Source of the DNA: Squalus acanthias
Taxonomy: Eukaryota
Assembly (NCBI GenBank): GCA_030390025.1
Contig: CM059426.1
Location: 5,394,001-5,458,000 of the forward strand
Length of the DNA: 64,000 bases
Direction: 5' to 3'
The notes beneath the pieces are model-generated. The model was not told the origin of the DNA. It did not search any database and was given only the letters and a program-made list of their open reading frames with translations. A program made the position numbers and the translations under genes. Shown here in pieces: positions 11,790-24,195 of the stretch; the stretch's first letter is position 1, and every line of letters begins with the position of its first letter.

Positions 11790-13430
11790 TGTAGAATTCG
11801 CAAATTATCGCGATTTCATAATAATGAGAAGGAGACATATAGTTTCGTATGGGCAGCTTTGTTTCAGCAGAATGCTGTCGGGTTTCAGGGCGGACACAAA
11901 CAGCCTGTAAAATGGCCGCCACGCCTCGTGGCAGAAGGTTCTAGATTTTCAGCAGGCAGACAAGATGGCATTTCAATAAACATTTCAGCAAGATCGGACA
12001 GGACTCAGCATATTGAGATAAGACAAGACGAGATCGTTTTGCATTTTAACACCCAAGCCAGGAATATAAGTGCTAGGAATCGGGTTTTTCCATGCACAAA
12101 TGAGAACTATTGTACTGGGCAATTAGGGGCCCATCCAAAAGACATTGATACGCAAATTCCCCACGGCTCTACGATGAGAGAGCCGTTCGCGGGTACTCAC
12201 AGCAAGAATTCGGAGGCCCCCAAAACCCCTCCAGGGAGACTCCTAGCCGATTCCACAATGGGAGAAATATTAACGGGTACTCAGACAGTTACAAGTATCA
12301 CCGAGACCCATTAACGACAAGTACCACCCCATACAAGAAGTTTGAGCGCCAAAACATGACAAAAGATGAACATTAAGATTGGGCGGGAGATAAGGAATTA
12401 CAGTACTATAACTGTAGTATCCAAACGTCCATCTCTCTCTTATTCGCGCTCTTATTCGCTCGACTCTTATTCCTTTGACTCGCTAGAGAACTCTTGACTC
12501 TTATTCTCTGATCCGCTGATTTTCCGGGAGTCAATCTCGTGGCTTGCCGTGAAGATCTGTGGAGAGCTGGTCTGCGAAGGCCGGTAAGCGGGCGCACCAT
12601 CCCGAGAAGTCGGTAAACGGTGTTGGAACCGAAGGCCCGAGAGGAGATGAGATGAGATGAGATGAGAAGAGAAGAAGACGACTACACGTGCCGCCGCGGT
12701 CAGTGAGCCCCGACCGCGCTCGATAAATCGGTAACTGCTTCCCAACTGGCATCGGAAGACTATTCTTCGAGTTCTACCGACAACTGGTGTCGGGCACAGT
12801 AAGACTCTTCTTCGAACTGTATCTGGAGTCTGAGGTCAACACAGATCTTCATGACAGCAGACGGTCCAGCCTGCTAGCCGGAGCAAAGCGAGTAAACAAG
12901 TGGGGTACAGAGACCCCTGATCAACACGTGGATAGTCAGGTGCTGTGGTGAAAACATCCGAGCAGAGTTTCGGAATTCTCCGAGTTATCACGAGTGGTGA
13001 GCATGAGTCTCGATCCTACAGATCTAGATTAGGACAGGTATTGATAGGGGAGGGTTTATGTTTTAAGGATAATTATAATGTGTGTCCCCTTTTACGATGT
13101 GTCGTGCACTCCTCGTTTCCCTAAACCTAGTTGCATAAATGTATGTAAGTTTGTACTGTCATTAATCTGTGCTTATGACATGTATTTCGTAATCTTGAAT
13201 AATATGCAATAAAGATTTTCCATTTCGCACTATTCAACCGGGTCTACCTGAGTTTTCTCTGCATTATTGCTCTCGCACCTAAGTCCAGTGTCAGAACCGT
13301 AAGGGCGAGTGGGTCGAACCACTCACAGGTGTCTAGTGCTACCAGGCTGGCTGGAGACCAGAACAGGCAACAAGGCCTAACCCCGCACTAGCACCCAGGC
13401 TAAGCACAGAGCCACGCGAACCCCCTTACA
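11790..13430 (+). mobile_element. 3' LTR (~1641 bp) of the env-bearing element
   Basis: Purine tract AGGAGGGAC (11781-11789) sits immediately before TGTAG..., and the element ends ...CTTACA (TGTA/TACA inverted termini). ATTGG+GGGCGG at 12378-12386, TATAA at 12407, AATAAA at 13208. CpG-rich compared with the flanks. Confidence 0.8.
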
Positions 13431-14607
13431 GATATGTCTGGTCTTTCACAGTTTTTCTCTCCTCACTTCTGGCAGGCAGTGATTCGTGCTGGAGCCTGAT
13501 GCTATGGTCACCCACAAGGCACCTCATCCATGTGGTTATTCTCCCTCTCGCCTCACTTCCTGCAGGCAGCGACTCGTGCTGGAGCCTGATGGTATGGATG
13601 CCCACAACTCTGCTGGTACCTAGCCCTAGAGGCCATTCTTCATGGGTGAACCGAGAGACTGAACATCTACAGAATATTTGATCATGAGGGAATCACACCT
13701 GAGCCTGACCTCAGCTTCCGCCTGTGCGCACTCTTCTAGCCAAAGGATACTGAGGCCAACTGGTCGAAGAAATATAGCCCACACATCTTCCTCTGCTTAA
13801 TTTATCTGCTCTTCCTTTAAAAGAAACAACTGCACTTTTCACCACCTCAGGACATCCCAAAGTGCTTCACAGTCAATGAAGTACTTTTGAAGTGTAGCGA
13901 CAAATCTTTCCATACTCTAACAACTCTCTGCAAAAAGAAGTTTCCTCAACTTCTGTCTTCACTCTCAGTGAGGATCTTAAATTGATGACTCCTCATTACT
14001 GACTCCCCAGTCAAGTAAACAGTATTTCCATATTTAACCCCTCAAGACCCTTCATAGTTTTAAAAACCTCTTTGAAACCTCCTCTTAGCCTCCTGTGCTC
14101 CAATGAAAATAGTTCCTAAGGTATTAGTGTCGGCTCAGTAGTAACACTCACCTCTGAGTTCAAAGGTCAGGGGTTGAAGACCCACCCCAGAGACTTGATC
14201 ACAAAATCTAGGCTGACTCTTCAGTGCAGCACTGAGGGAGTGCTTTTCTTCCCCGCCAGGTTTTACTGAACAGGCCGCCTGCCATTAAAGTGCTACTGGG
14301 ATCATATGGATGTCATGGGACACCGATTATTAATGAGGGTCCTGCCCAGGGGAGTCGGGGGGGGCACCTCGGCCGCCTTAAAGAAAGGGCCCCGTTTAAG
14401 ATGGTGGTGGGCCGGAATCGAGCAGGAATAGGCCGGTAAGTCTTTGCACAGCTATTTAACTCCACCCCCACACTGTTCCCGCTAGGCGGGGTAGTTTAAA
14501 ATTCTACCCAGCTTAAAATTCACCCTCTCGCTGTCCAGTGCCATTGCAAATCCTTGAACCGGCTGCCAAACTCAAGAAAGCTGTAAATCTCAATAACATC
14601 CTCATAC

Positions 14608-14708
14608 CTCTGTTTGATAAAATCTTCTAACTCTTTGCAGGTTTTTCGGCCATCGTTCATGTGCTGGGTCAGATTATCATAGCCAATGGTGCTGGTTATG
14701 TCTGTACT
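14608..14708 (-). CDS. PSTPIP2: PSTPIP2 coding exon 2 (STDITSTIGYDNLTQHMNDGRKTCKELEDFIKQR)
   Basis: tttctttctacttccag|AGT...CAG AG|gtatga, 101 nt. The peptide aligns with human SADILSTIGYDNIIQHLNNGRKNCKEFEDFLKER (FCH/F-BAR). Confidence 0.96.
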
Positions 14709-16800
14709 CTGGAAGTAGAAAGAAATTTAAATAACTTCAGTTGGAAAAAAATGACTAAAATGAACAATTCACATTTACAAGGGACGGCATTTATAAAAAT
14801 AAAAACTATTTTCAACTGCAATGGAAACAGTCGAGATTATACTTCTTCCCCCAAACTACCTTTCCCTCGGTGTTACAGCCTCATGACCATCGCACACCAA
14901 TGGCTCCTTTGACTGCAGAAACAGATGTTGTTCCATGAATGGCTGACAGGAAGTGTAGTTCTGTTCGCACAGCCCATGCACAGGCACGCTTCCTATCTCG
15001 AGAGAAACATATTCTTAGGACTGAATAAATATCGGATTAAAGATTATGGGGGTGGGTATAGAATGATGATTAATTACTCAGTGGGGGTGAGGGGCGGGAG
15101 GCTGACTGAAGTGTAGCAGGTCAGCCTCGATTAGCAGAGGTGTGGATGAATATTCTGTAAATCTCCTGGTTTATCTTTCCCTCAGAAGATTAAATACCGG
15201 GGAAGGGTCCAAAACAGAGCAGATGCTCTGCAGAAGGAGCAGGCTTGATGGCTCAAGTTTTTACTTATATCTATTGCGCCATTCTTCCGTCCACACAGAT
15301 CAGAAAATAAATGAACCTAGTTTGAGTGAAGCAAGCAACAAAATAGTGTAATTTTTTTATAAATTAGTTCATGGGATGTGGGTGTCGTTGGCAAGGCAAG
15401 CATTTGTTGCCCATCCCTAATTGCCCTCGAGAAGGTCTCATGACTCGGCACAGGTTGTTTCCTTAACTGCTCACTGGTGTTGTCCAATCTGTTCATATCA
15501 TCTGCGATGGATTGGCCTCATCTGACAGCTAGAACAGGCTTACGGCCGAGTGGTCAGTCACCCAGAAACACCCAGATCTGGATAATCGTTAATAGAGGCA
15601 CTGCAATATCAAGCAGAGCTGTCAAGAGGGGGAGGGGAGGGAAATGCCTGCGAGAGATTTTCAGTCACGAGTCAAACATAGTGCAAAGGAACTGCCTCAC
15701 ATCATGAAGGCAGCAAGCTGTGTCAGACAAGTGGGCCTCAGCGGATGACATGTTCACGTTTTACGCTCAGCTCATGCTTCTGTTATCCCTGACATGGCTC
15801 CTCTGAGACACCAGTCTCCTTCAGTTATCATTGGAGCGATCAGTTATTGGAGTTATCATCACAGACTCTTCAATTATCATCGTAGCTCCTGGTCACTAAC
15901 AGAAGAAGCACTCTCAGCCAATCACCTGGCACAAATCCCCACCTTGGAAGATGTGCATCGGCTGCAGTATAAAAAAAACAGCTGGGGCGCAAAGCCCTAC
16001 AAAAAAAGGGGGTAAGCTTTTAAAGTCAAAAACAAACGGTGTTGACCAGCTGTCATTGCCGTTCACATTTTAATGAGTGAAAAGAGGTGACTGCATTATC
16101 AGCCATTTTTGATCTTTAAAGATTTCATTAACAGTGGAAAACTATTGAACAGCCCTGTATTCATGAGCACTGAAACACAAGAGTGGAGCCGTGCCTTCAC
16201 AGCAACACGAGCAGACAGTAAAACATGTCTTCTGTTTACATCACAGAGAAAATGTAGCTGACAATGCATGGTTCAGTGCAATATAAACGCGATATTATTA
16301 TATTTTTCAATTTCCTTATCATTTCTCTCTTTCTCCTCCCTTTCTTGCTCTTCTTTATCTTTCTTCTCCCTTCTTTCTTCACAGCTCACCTAACTGTACG
16401 ATTTTTGGCTGCTGCCATCAGATTTTCTCTTGTTCTTCAGGCGAAGAAATCAAGAGAATTCTATGGAGGCAGGGCTATCCCCATCGATAACAGTAACCTA
16501 CAGGCATCACAAGACAGCAATTTCACTAATATTATCGATGCTGCTATATCCGTTTCACCATCTCACATCCCTTTTTGTTGCAAGGCTCATTTTAGCTCCT
16601 GGGTTTTATCTCAAATCAGTAAAGTCAGTTCCTGCCATAAATAAAGTGATGTGCTAAGAGATTTAAGAAGTGTTGCAGGGTACAAAACATCTGACCGCTA
16701 TCATGCACAAAAGAGAACTGTTTTCACCCTGCTATTTTTTTGGAATTAAGTTTTGTTCATCATGGTGCAAGATGGAGAATGGAACAGGTCTCCACTTGTT

Positions 16801-17537
16801 GGGCCAGAAATTCGGGTCTCCACGGGTGAGTACGCGCTGTGTACTCACCCGTAGACCCAACGAAAGTGCCGATTTCACACCCCGAGATATCTGCGCTCCT
16901 CTAATTCTGCCCTCTTGAGCATCCCTGATTATAATCGCTCAACCACTGGCGGCCGTGCCTTCTGTTGCCTAGGCCCTAAGCTCTGGAATTCCCTGCCTAA
17001 ACATCTCCACCTCGGGACCTCTCTTTCCTCCTTTAAGACGCTCCTTAAAACCTACCTCTTTGACCGAGCTTTTGGTCACCTGCCCTAATTTCTCCTTATG
17101 TGGCTCGGTGTCAAATTTTGTTTTCTAACACTCCTGTGAAGCCTCGGAATGCTTTGCTATGTTAAAGGCGCTATATAAACACAAGTTTTTTAAATAGTTA
17201 ATTTATGTAATTTATAGTTATTTTAAAAATGTGATTTTTAAAAAAAATTTATTTGAAGCTTTAGTTAGGTTTTGGGGCCGATCTCTATTCATAGATTTGA
17301 CAGGTCTTCCTGTCAAATCTATGAATGGAGATTCCTGGCTCCCCATGGCCCACGTGATCCCAGGGGACGCTTCGAACTAACTGCGCCCCTGGGATACGCA
17401 AGCACTGCACACCGGCAGCTGGAGGAGGCCCAGGATCGGAATCCCATGCGGGCCCACAGCACAACGGCAGGCGCGCTAGGCAAGTGCAGGTCGGGGGCTT
17501 GCACCCGTGGGAAGCCTCCGACCCGAATTTCTGGCCC
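16801..17537. mobile_element. MITE with 18-bp TIR, containing an L2 3' fragment and an internal hairpin
   Basis: GGGCCAGAAATTCGGGTC ... GACCCGAATTTCTGGCCC, flanked by GTT/ATT. An L2 tail lies at ~16890-17190. Confidence 0.85.
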
Positions 17538-18154
17538 ATTGTCCCAGTGTCAACATCAAGCACTCCTTGGACATAGGCTAGATTTGGAGTAAAGATCCAT
17601 CCACACTGTCCCATCAAGCACGCTCATGGTTAGATACAAGCCCTGAAGTTGTAAAGAGAATTGAGGTGCACCCTCCTGTGGAAAGGGCAGAGTGTGAGCT
17701 TGCTGAGCTTTGCAAAATGGGCTTGCTGAGAATGATGGGAGGATCTGGGGATGGTGAGCTGAACAAACAAAACACCTCTGGTTTCACTGCAGCAGAAACT
17801 AAAGCGCAGAACAAAATACAATTCAAAATCAATGTTTATAAAAAACAGCAAAAGTTTAGCATCAACTTTCCCAACACAACCCTCGCTTTAAGAATCCAAC
17901 TTCAGCTTTGCCCATGAAATGGCCATGCAGCCATTCAATTAGGTCAAGGTGAACGCCAAAGGGGCGGCGCTTGCCAGTAGAATGTGAAATTCACCACAGG
18001 ACCAATTAACATAAATTTTACAGTCACCAAATAGTGGGAAGTAGATAGAGGAGCAAACTTGCAGGCAAATTGCAGAAAGACGCAAGAAATTTAGAGTAGT
18101 GATAATGGGGGACTTCAAATATCCTAATATAGACGGGGAAAATAACAGTGTAAT

Positions 18155-18615
18155 AACAACAACAACAACTTGTGTTTATATAGCGCCTTTAACATAGCAA
18201 AGCATTCCGAGGCTTCACAGGAGTGTTAGAAAACAAAATTTGACACCGAGCCACATAAGGAGAAATTAGGGCAGGTGACCAAAAGCTCAGTCAAGGAGCG
18301 TCTTAAAGGAGGAAAGAGAGGTAGCGAGGCGGAGATGTTTAGGCAGGGAACTCCAGAGCTTAGGGCCTAGGCAACAGAAGGCACGGCCACCAGTGGTTGA
18401 GCGATTATAATCAGGGATGCTCAAGAGGGCAGAATTAGAGCAGCGCAGATATCTCGGGGTGTGGGGTTGTGGGGCTGAAGGAGATTACAGAAATAGGGAG
18501 GGGCGAGGCCTTGGAGGGATTTGAAAACAAGGATGAGAATTTTGAAATCGAGGCGCTGCTTAACCGGGAACCAATGTAGGTCAGCGAGCACAGGGGTGAT
18601 GGACGAACGGGACTA
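18155..18615 (-). mobile_element. L2 LINE 3' end (preceded by a CR1 endonuclease scrap at ~18035-18150)
   Basis: (CAA)n tail and TATATAGCGCCTTT on the plus strand. A VVIMGDF motif lies just upstream. Confidence 0.8.
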
Positions 18616-18789
18616 AGTCAATAGAGTCACCCAGGTCCTGCATACTTGGCTCTAAATGAGGAAGAAGTTTGCTGGTATCAGGAGGAAGGTGCAGGTAACT
18701 ATATTCCTCAATTTTGCTTAAATTTCAATAATTGGCCCATCAACTATGGAACTTGTGCCACTTCTATGAGGTACTATTTCAAACACATT

Positions 18790-19445
18790 GGGCTGGATTT
18801 TCATTGACCCATGGAGGTGGGTTTGGAGGCGTGTGGGAGGTTAAAATTGCGAAAACTGGCGGGCGGGCACAAGTCCACCTCCACGCAATTTTTATTAAAT
18901 TGTGTCTGCTGGTCCCAGCTCTAAGAGGCGGGATAGGCTGTTAAGGGCCTTAACAAGCACTAAATTGCCTCTATAATGCCATTTTGAAAGGCCTTTGTGA
19001 TTTTAACCCTTTTTATACGTGAAGCACGCCTGTTATGAACCACGAATGTGAAACCTGGCGGGCGGTAGGGAGTGAGTGAGGTGAGTGAGGTGAGTGAGGG
19101 AGGTGAGTGAGGTGGATGGATGGATGAATGACATATCTAGAAGTGGTGGTGTAAAAATATCTGGGAGCAGACTTAGGGCTGCTGCTGCTCATGTTGCATC
19201 CAGGTCCTTTCACAGCAAAGGCCAGGCAGTCTCTGAAGACCTTCAATGCAGCAGCAATGATGACATCATCAGAGGCGACTTTCAGACTGAAAACACTAAT
19301 TGGTTCATGGGTTCCCACATGCTGGAACTCAATTGCCCAATTAGGTGAAAATTGCATCAATCTCCCACATCCAATTGCAGTCGGGTGGATAACACGAAAA
19401 GTGGATGACACGACCCCAACCCGCCCCAGTATCAAAATCCAGCCC
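18790..19445. mobile_element. MITE family A, copy 1 (Harbinger-like)
   Basis: TIR GGGCTGGATTTT ... AAAATCCAGCCC with 3-bp TSD ATT/ATT. Highly similar to 25616-26278. Confidence 0.9.
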
Positions 19446-19649
19446 ATTGTATTTTTGCACACAGTCTTTCATTGTGCCAAAGCTAGATGGCACACTTAAT
19501 TAAGTGCAAACCATTCTCTTCATGTAGGCTATGGGGTTGACAGTAATAGCCCAGATACCCATGTGAATCATTGCACTCAAGGGAACACACCAACACTGAA
19601 AGCTATGCATCCTATCCAGCTGGTGACTTCTTCCATAAGAGCACTGATT

Positions 19650-21445
19650 CGATTCAGAAACCGTTCCTTTAGATTGGAATACTGAACATGTTACTCCACT
19701 ATTTAAGAAAGGGGAGAGAGGGAAACCTGGGAATTAGAGACTAGTTAGCCTAACATCTGTTGTTGGGAAATTATTGGAGTCTATAACTAAGGATAGGGTG
19801 ACTGAACACCTTGAACATTTACAGCTGATCAGAGAGAGCCAGCATGGATTTGTGAAAGGCAGGTCATGCCTGACGAACCTGATTGAATTTTTTGAAGAGG
19901 TGACTAAAGTAGTGGGCAGGGGAATGTCTATGGATGTTATTTATATGGTCTTCCAGAAGGCATTTGGAAATAGTCCCTCAGAAGAGATTGTTAGCTAAAG
20001 TTGAAGCTCATGGAATTGAAGGCAAATTATTAACCTGGTTAGGAAATTGGCTGAGCAGCAGGAGACAGAGCGTAGGGATAATGGGCAGGCACTCTAATTG
20101 GCAGGAAGTGACAGGGATCGGTGTTGGGGCCGTAACTATTCACTGTATTTATTAACAAATAAATGATTGGATAGAGAGCCACATATCCAAGTTTGCCGAT
20201 GACACAAAGATAGGCGGCATTGTAAGCAGTTTAGATGGAAGCATAAAATTACAAAGAGATATCAATAGATTAAGTGAATGGGCAAAACTGTGGCAAATGT
20301 ATTTCAATGTAGGCAAGTGTGAGGTCATCCACTTTGGACCTAAAAAGGATAGAACAGGGTACTTTCTAAATGATAAAAAGCTAGAAACAGTGGAGGTCCA
20401 AAGAGACTTCGAGGTCCATGTACATACATCATTAAAATGTCATGGACAGGTACAGAAAGTAATCAAAAAGGCTAATGCAATGCTGGCCTTTATATCTAGA
20501 GCACTAGAATACAAGGGGGTAAAAGTTATGCTAAAGCTATACAAAGTCTTGGTTAGACCACACCTGGAGTACTGTTCTGGGCACCACACCTTAGGAAGGA
20601 TATATTGACCTTGGAGGGAGTGCAAAATAGATTTACCAGAATGATACCTGGACTCCAAGGGTTAAATTACGAGGAGTGATTATACAAACTAGGGTTATAT
20701 TCCCTGGAATTTAGAAAGTTAAGGGGTGATTGAAGTTTTCAATATATTAAGGGGAACTATGATTTGTAGATTTTTGTTAACCAAAGGTATTAAGGGATAT
20801 GGGCCAAAGGCGGGTATATGGAGTTAGGTTACACATCAGCCATGATCTCATTGAAAGGTGGAACAGCTTCGAGGGGCTAAATGGTCTACTCCTGTTCCTA
20901 TGTAAGTTACTACTGAATCTGCTTCCATCACCCTTTCAGGCAGTGCTGAGGAGATCTCAGAGGAGATTTACAAGGATGTTTACGGGAGTAGAGAATCTTA
21001 GCTATGCGGAAAGACTGGATAGTCTGGGTTTGTTTTCCTTGGAACAGAGGAGGCTGAGGGGAGACCTTATTGAGTGTATAAAATTATGAGGGACCTAGAT
21101 AAAGTGGATAGAAAGGACCTATTTCCCTCAGCAGAGGGGTCAAAAACCAGGGGGCACAGATTTAAAGTAATTGGGGGAAGTTTTAGAGGGGATTTGAGGG
21201 GAAATTTCTTCACCCAGAGGGTTGTGGGGGTCTGGAGCTCACTGGCTGAAAGGATGGTAGAGGCAGGAACCCTAACCACATTTAAAAAGTACTTGGATGT
21301 GCACTTGGGATGCTGTAACCTGCAGGGCTACGGACCAAGAGCTGGGAAGTGGGATTAGGCTGGATAGCTCTTTGTTGGCCGGCGCGGACACGATGGGCCG
21401 AAATGGCCTCCTTCCGTGCTGTAGCTTTCTATGATTCTATGATTT
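19650..21445 (+). mobile_element. Two consecutive CR1 ORF2/3' fragments
   Basis: SQHGFVKGRSCLTNLIEFFEEVT, FADDTK, LVRPHLEYC. A second 3' end spans 20950-21445 with a TTCTATGA tail. Confidence 0.9.
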
Positions 21446-23860
21446 ATTGCACATCACAACAACTCACTGTTAAACAAAAATGTTTCCTCGTGTCGCCTCT
21501 GGTTCTTTTGCCAAACAACTTAAATCTGTGCCCTCTGGTTATCGACCCTTCTGGCACTGGAAACAGTTTCTCTTTATTTACTCTATCAAAACCTTTCATG
21601 ATTTTGAACACCTCTATCAAATCTCCTCTTAACCTACTCTGCTCTAAGGAGAACAATCCCAGCTTCTCCAGTCTCTCCACATAACTGAAGTCCCTCATCC
21701 CTGGTACCATTCTAGTAAATCTCCTCTGCACCCTCTCCAAGGCCTTGACATCCTTCCAAGTGTGGTGCCCAGAATTGGACACAATACTCCAGCTGAGGCT
21801 AGTAAAGCTAGTATCAGTGATGGTGACCATGAAACTACCAGATTGTCGTAAAAACCCATCTGGTTCACTAATGTCCTTTAAGGAAGGAAATCTGCCGTCC
21901 TTATCTAGTCTGGTCTGTGTGTGACTCCAGACCCACAGCAATGTGGTTGACTCTTAAGTGCCCTCTGAAATGGCCTAGCAAGCCACTCAGTTGTCCAGAA
22001 GGTAGCTCACCATCACCTTCTCAAGGGCAATTAGGGATGGGCAATAAATGCTGGAGTTGCCAGCGACATCCACATCTCGTGAATGAATAATAATAAAAAA
22101 AAGGTCGAACCAGTGTTTTATAAAAGTTTAGCATAACTCCCTTGCTTTTGTAATAAAGCCAAGGATCACCATATGCTTTTTGCACAGCCTTCTCAACTTG
22201 TCCTGACACCTTCAAAGATTTGTGTACATACACCCCCAGGTCTCCCTGTTCCTGCACCCCCTTTAAAATTGTACCATTTAGTTCCTATTGCCTCTCCCCA
22301 TTCTTCCTACCAAAATGTATCACTTCACACTTCTCTGCGTTAAATTTCATCTGCCATGTGTCTGCCCATTTCACCAGTCTGTCTACGCCCCCCTGAAGTC
22401 GATTACTATCCTCCTCATTGTTTCCTACATTTCCAAGTTTCGTATCATCTGCAAACTTTGAAATGATGCCTTGTATACCCAAGTCCAATTCATTATTATA
22501 TATCAAAAAGAGCAGTGGTCCCAATGCCGACACCTGGGAACACCACTGTATACCTCCCTCTAGTCTTACATAGGATTACATAGGATATACAGCACAGAAA
22601 CAGGCCATTTGGCCCAACCAGTCCATGCCGGTGTTTATGCTCCACTCGAGCCTCCTCCCGTCTTTCCTCATCTAAATCTATCAGCATAACCCTCTATTCC
22701 CTTCTCCCTCATATGCTTATCTTGCCTCCCTTTAAATGCATCTATACTATTCGCTTCAACCACTCCCTGTGGTAGCAAGTTCCATATTCTCCCCACATTA
22801 CAACAGTGACTACACTTCAAAAGTACTTCATTAGCTGTAAAGCGCTTTGAGACGTCCGGTGGTCGTGAAAGGCGCTATATAAATGCAAGTCTTTCGTTCT
22901 TTCAAAGAAGTTTCTTCTGAAGTCCCTATTTGATTTCTTGGTGACTATCTTACATTGATGGCCTCTAGTGTTACTGATAAACAACTGTTCACCACTACTC
23001 TCTGCCTCCTGTCCCTTAGCTAATTTTGTATCCATGCTGCCATTGTCCCTTTAATCTCACGGGCTTTAATTTTGCTAACAAGTCTATTATGTGGTACTTT
23101 GTCAAACACCTTTTGAAAGTCCATATATACATCAACTGCACTACCCTCATCAACCCTCTCCATTACTTCATCAAAGAACTCGATCAAGTTAGTCAAACAT
23201 GATTTTCCTTCAACAAATCTGTGCTGACTTTCATTTATTAGCCTATACTTTTCCAAATGCCAATTAACTTTGTTCCGGATTGTTGGCTCTAAATGTTTCC
23301 CCACCGCTGACTGGCCTGTAATCACCTTTTTTTTTAAACAGGGGTGCAACATTTGCAATCTTTCAGTCCTCTGGCACCACCCCAATATCCAAGGAGGATT
23401 GCAGCCGCAGCCTCCGCATTTTCCACCCTTACTTCCCTCAGTAACCTAGGATGCATCCCATCTGGACCGGGTGACTCACCTACTTTAAGGACTGCCAACC
23501 TTTGAAGCATCTCCACTTTATCTATTTTTTTCCTATCCAACATCACTACTACCTCCTCCTTTAATGCTGCATTGGCAGCATCCTCTTTTCTAATGAAGAC
23601 AGATGCAAAGTAGCCATTTAGTACCTCAGACATGAATTCTGCCTCCACAAGAATATCTCCTTTTTGGCCCCTAATCAACCCCACCCTTCCTTTGACTACT
23701 CTTTTACTTTATATATGTTTATAAAAGACTTTTGGGTTCCTTTTATGTTCGTTGCTAATCTATTCTCATGCTCTCTCTTTACCCCTCTTATTCCCTTTTT
23801 TAGATCCCCTCTGTACTTTCTATATTCAGCTTGGTTCACTATTGCATTATGAACCTTACA
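21445..23860 (-). mobile_element. CR1 ORF2 patchwork with nested LINE and SINE fragments
   Basis: SPGPDGMHPRLLRE, KSCLTNLIEFF, KFADDTKLG, RVQRRFTRMVPG in the expected order on the minus strand, interrupted at ~21800-22100, ~22565-22795 and ~22795-22900. Confidence 0.9.
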
Positions 23861-24195
23861 ATTGTCAGATGTAGATTATTTACCACTAATCAGACAGTAG
23901 TGCAGCATACTATTTGCTTATAGATTGCCGGGAAAGTTGAAATTCAATAGAAATTGAAAAGTTCTTTTTAAAAATTCCATCATTAATCATTACAAGAACT
24001 GTTATCTATTATTTCTTGTAAATAAAAGAAATGTATGTTGCAATATCACTTTAGATAGCGTTACCTCAGGGAATTGCTATGTGGCAGCAGGCTTCATTCT
24101 GTAAACACAAAGATGTTCCTGTCTGTACCTGTTGAGGCATTTGTACTCTTATGATAGAGGTTAGACTGCAAAGTGAAGTCATACAGAAAGACCAC

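Noticed and set aside
19013-19499. 100-150-aa ORFs conserved between 19 kb and 26 kb
   Set aside because: The conservation reflects two copies of the same MITE, with no recognisable protein.
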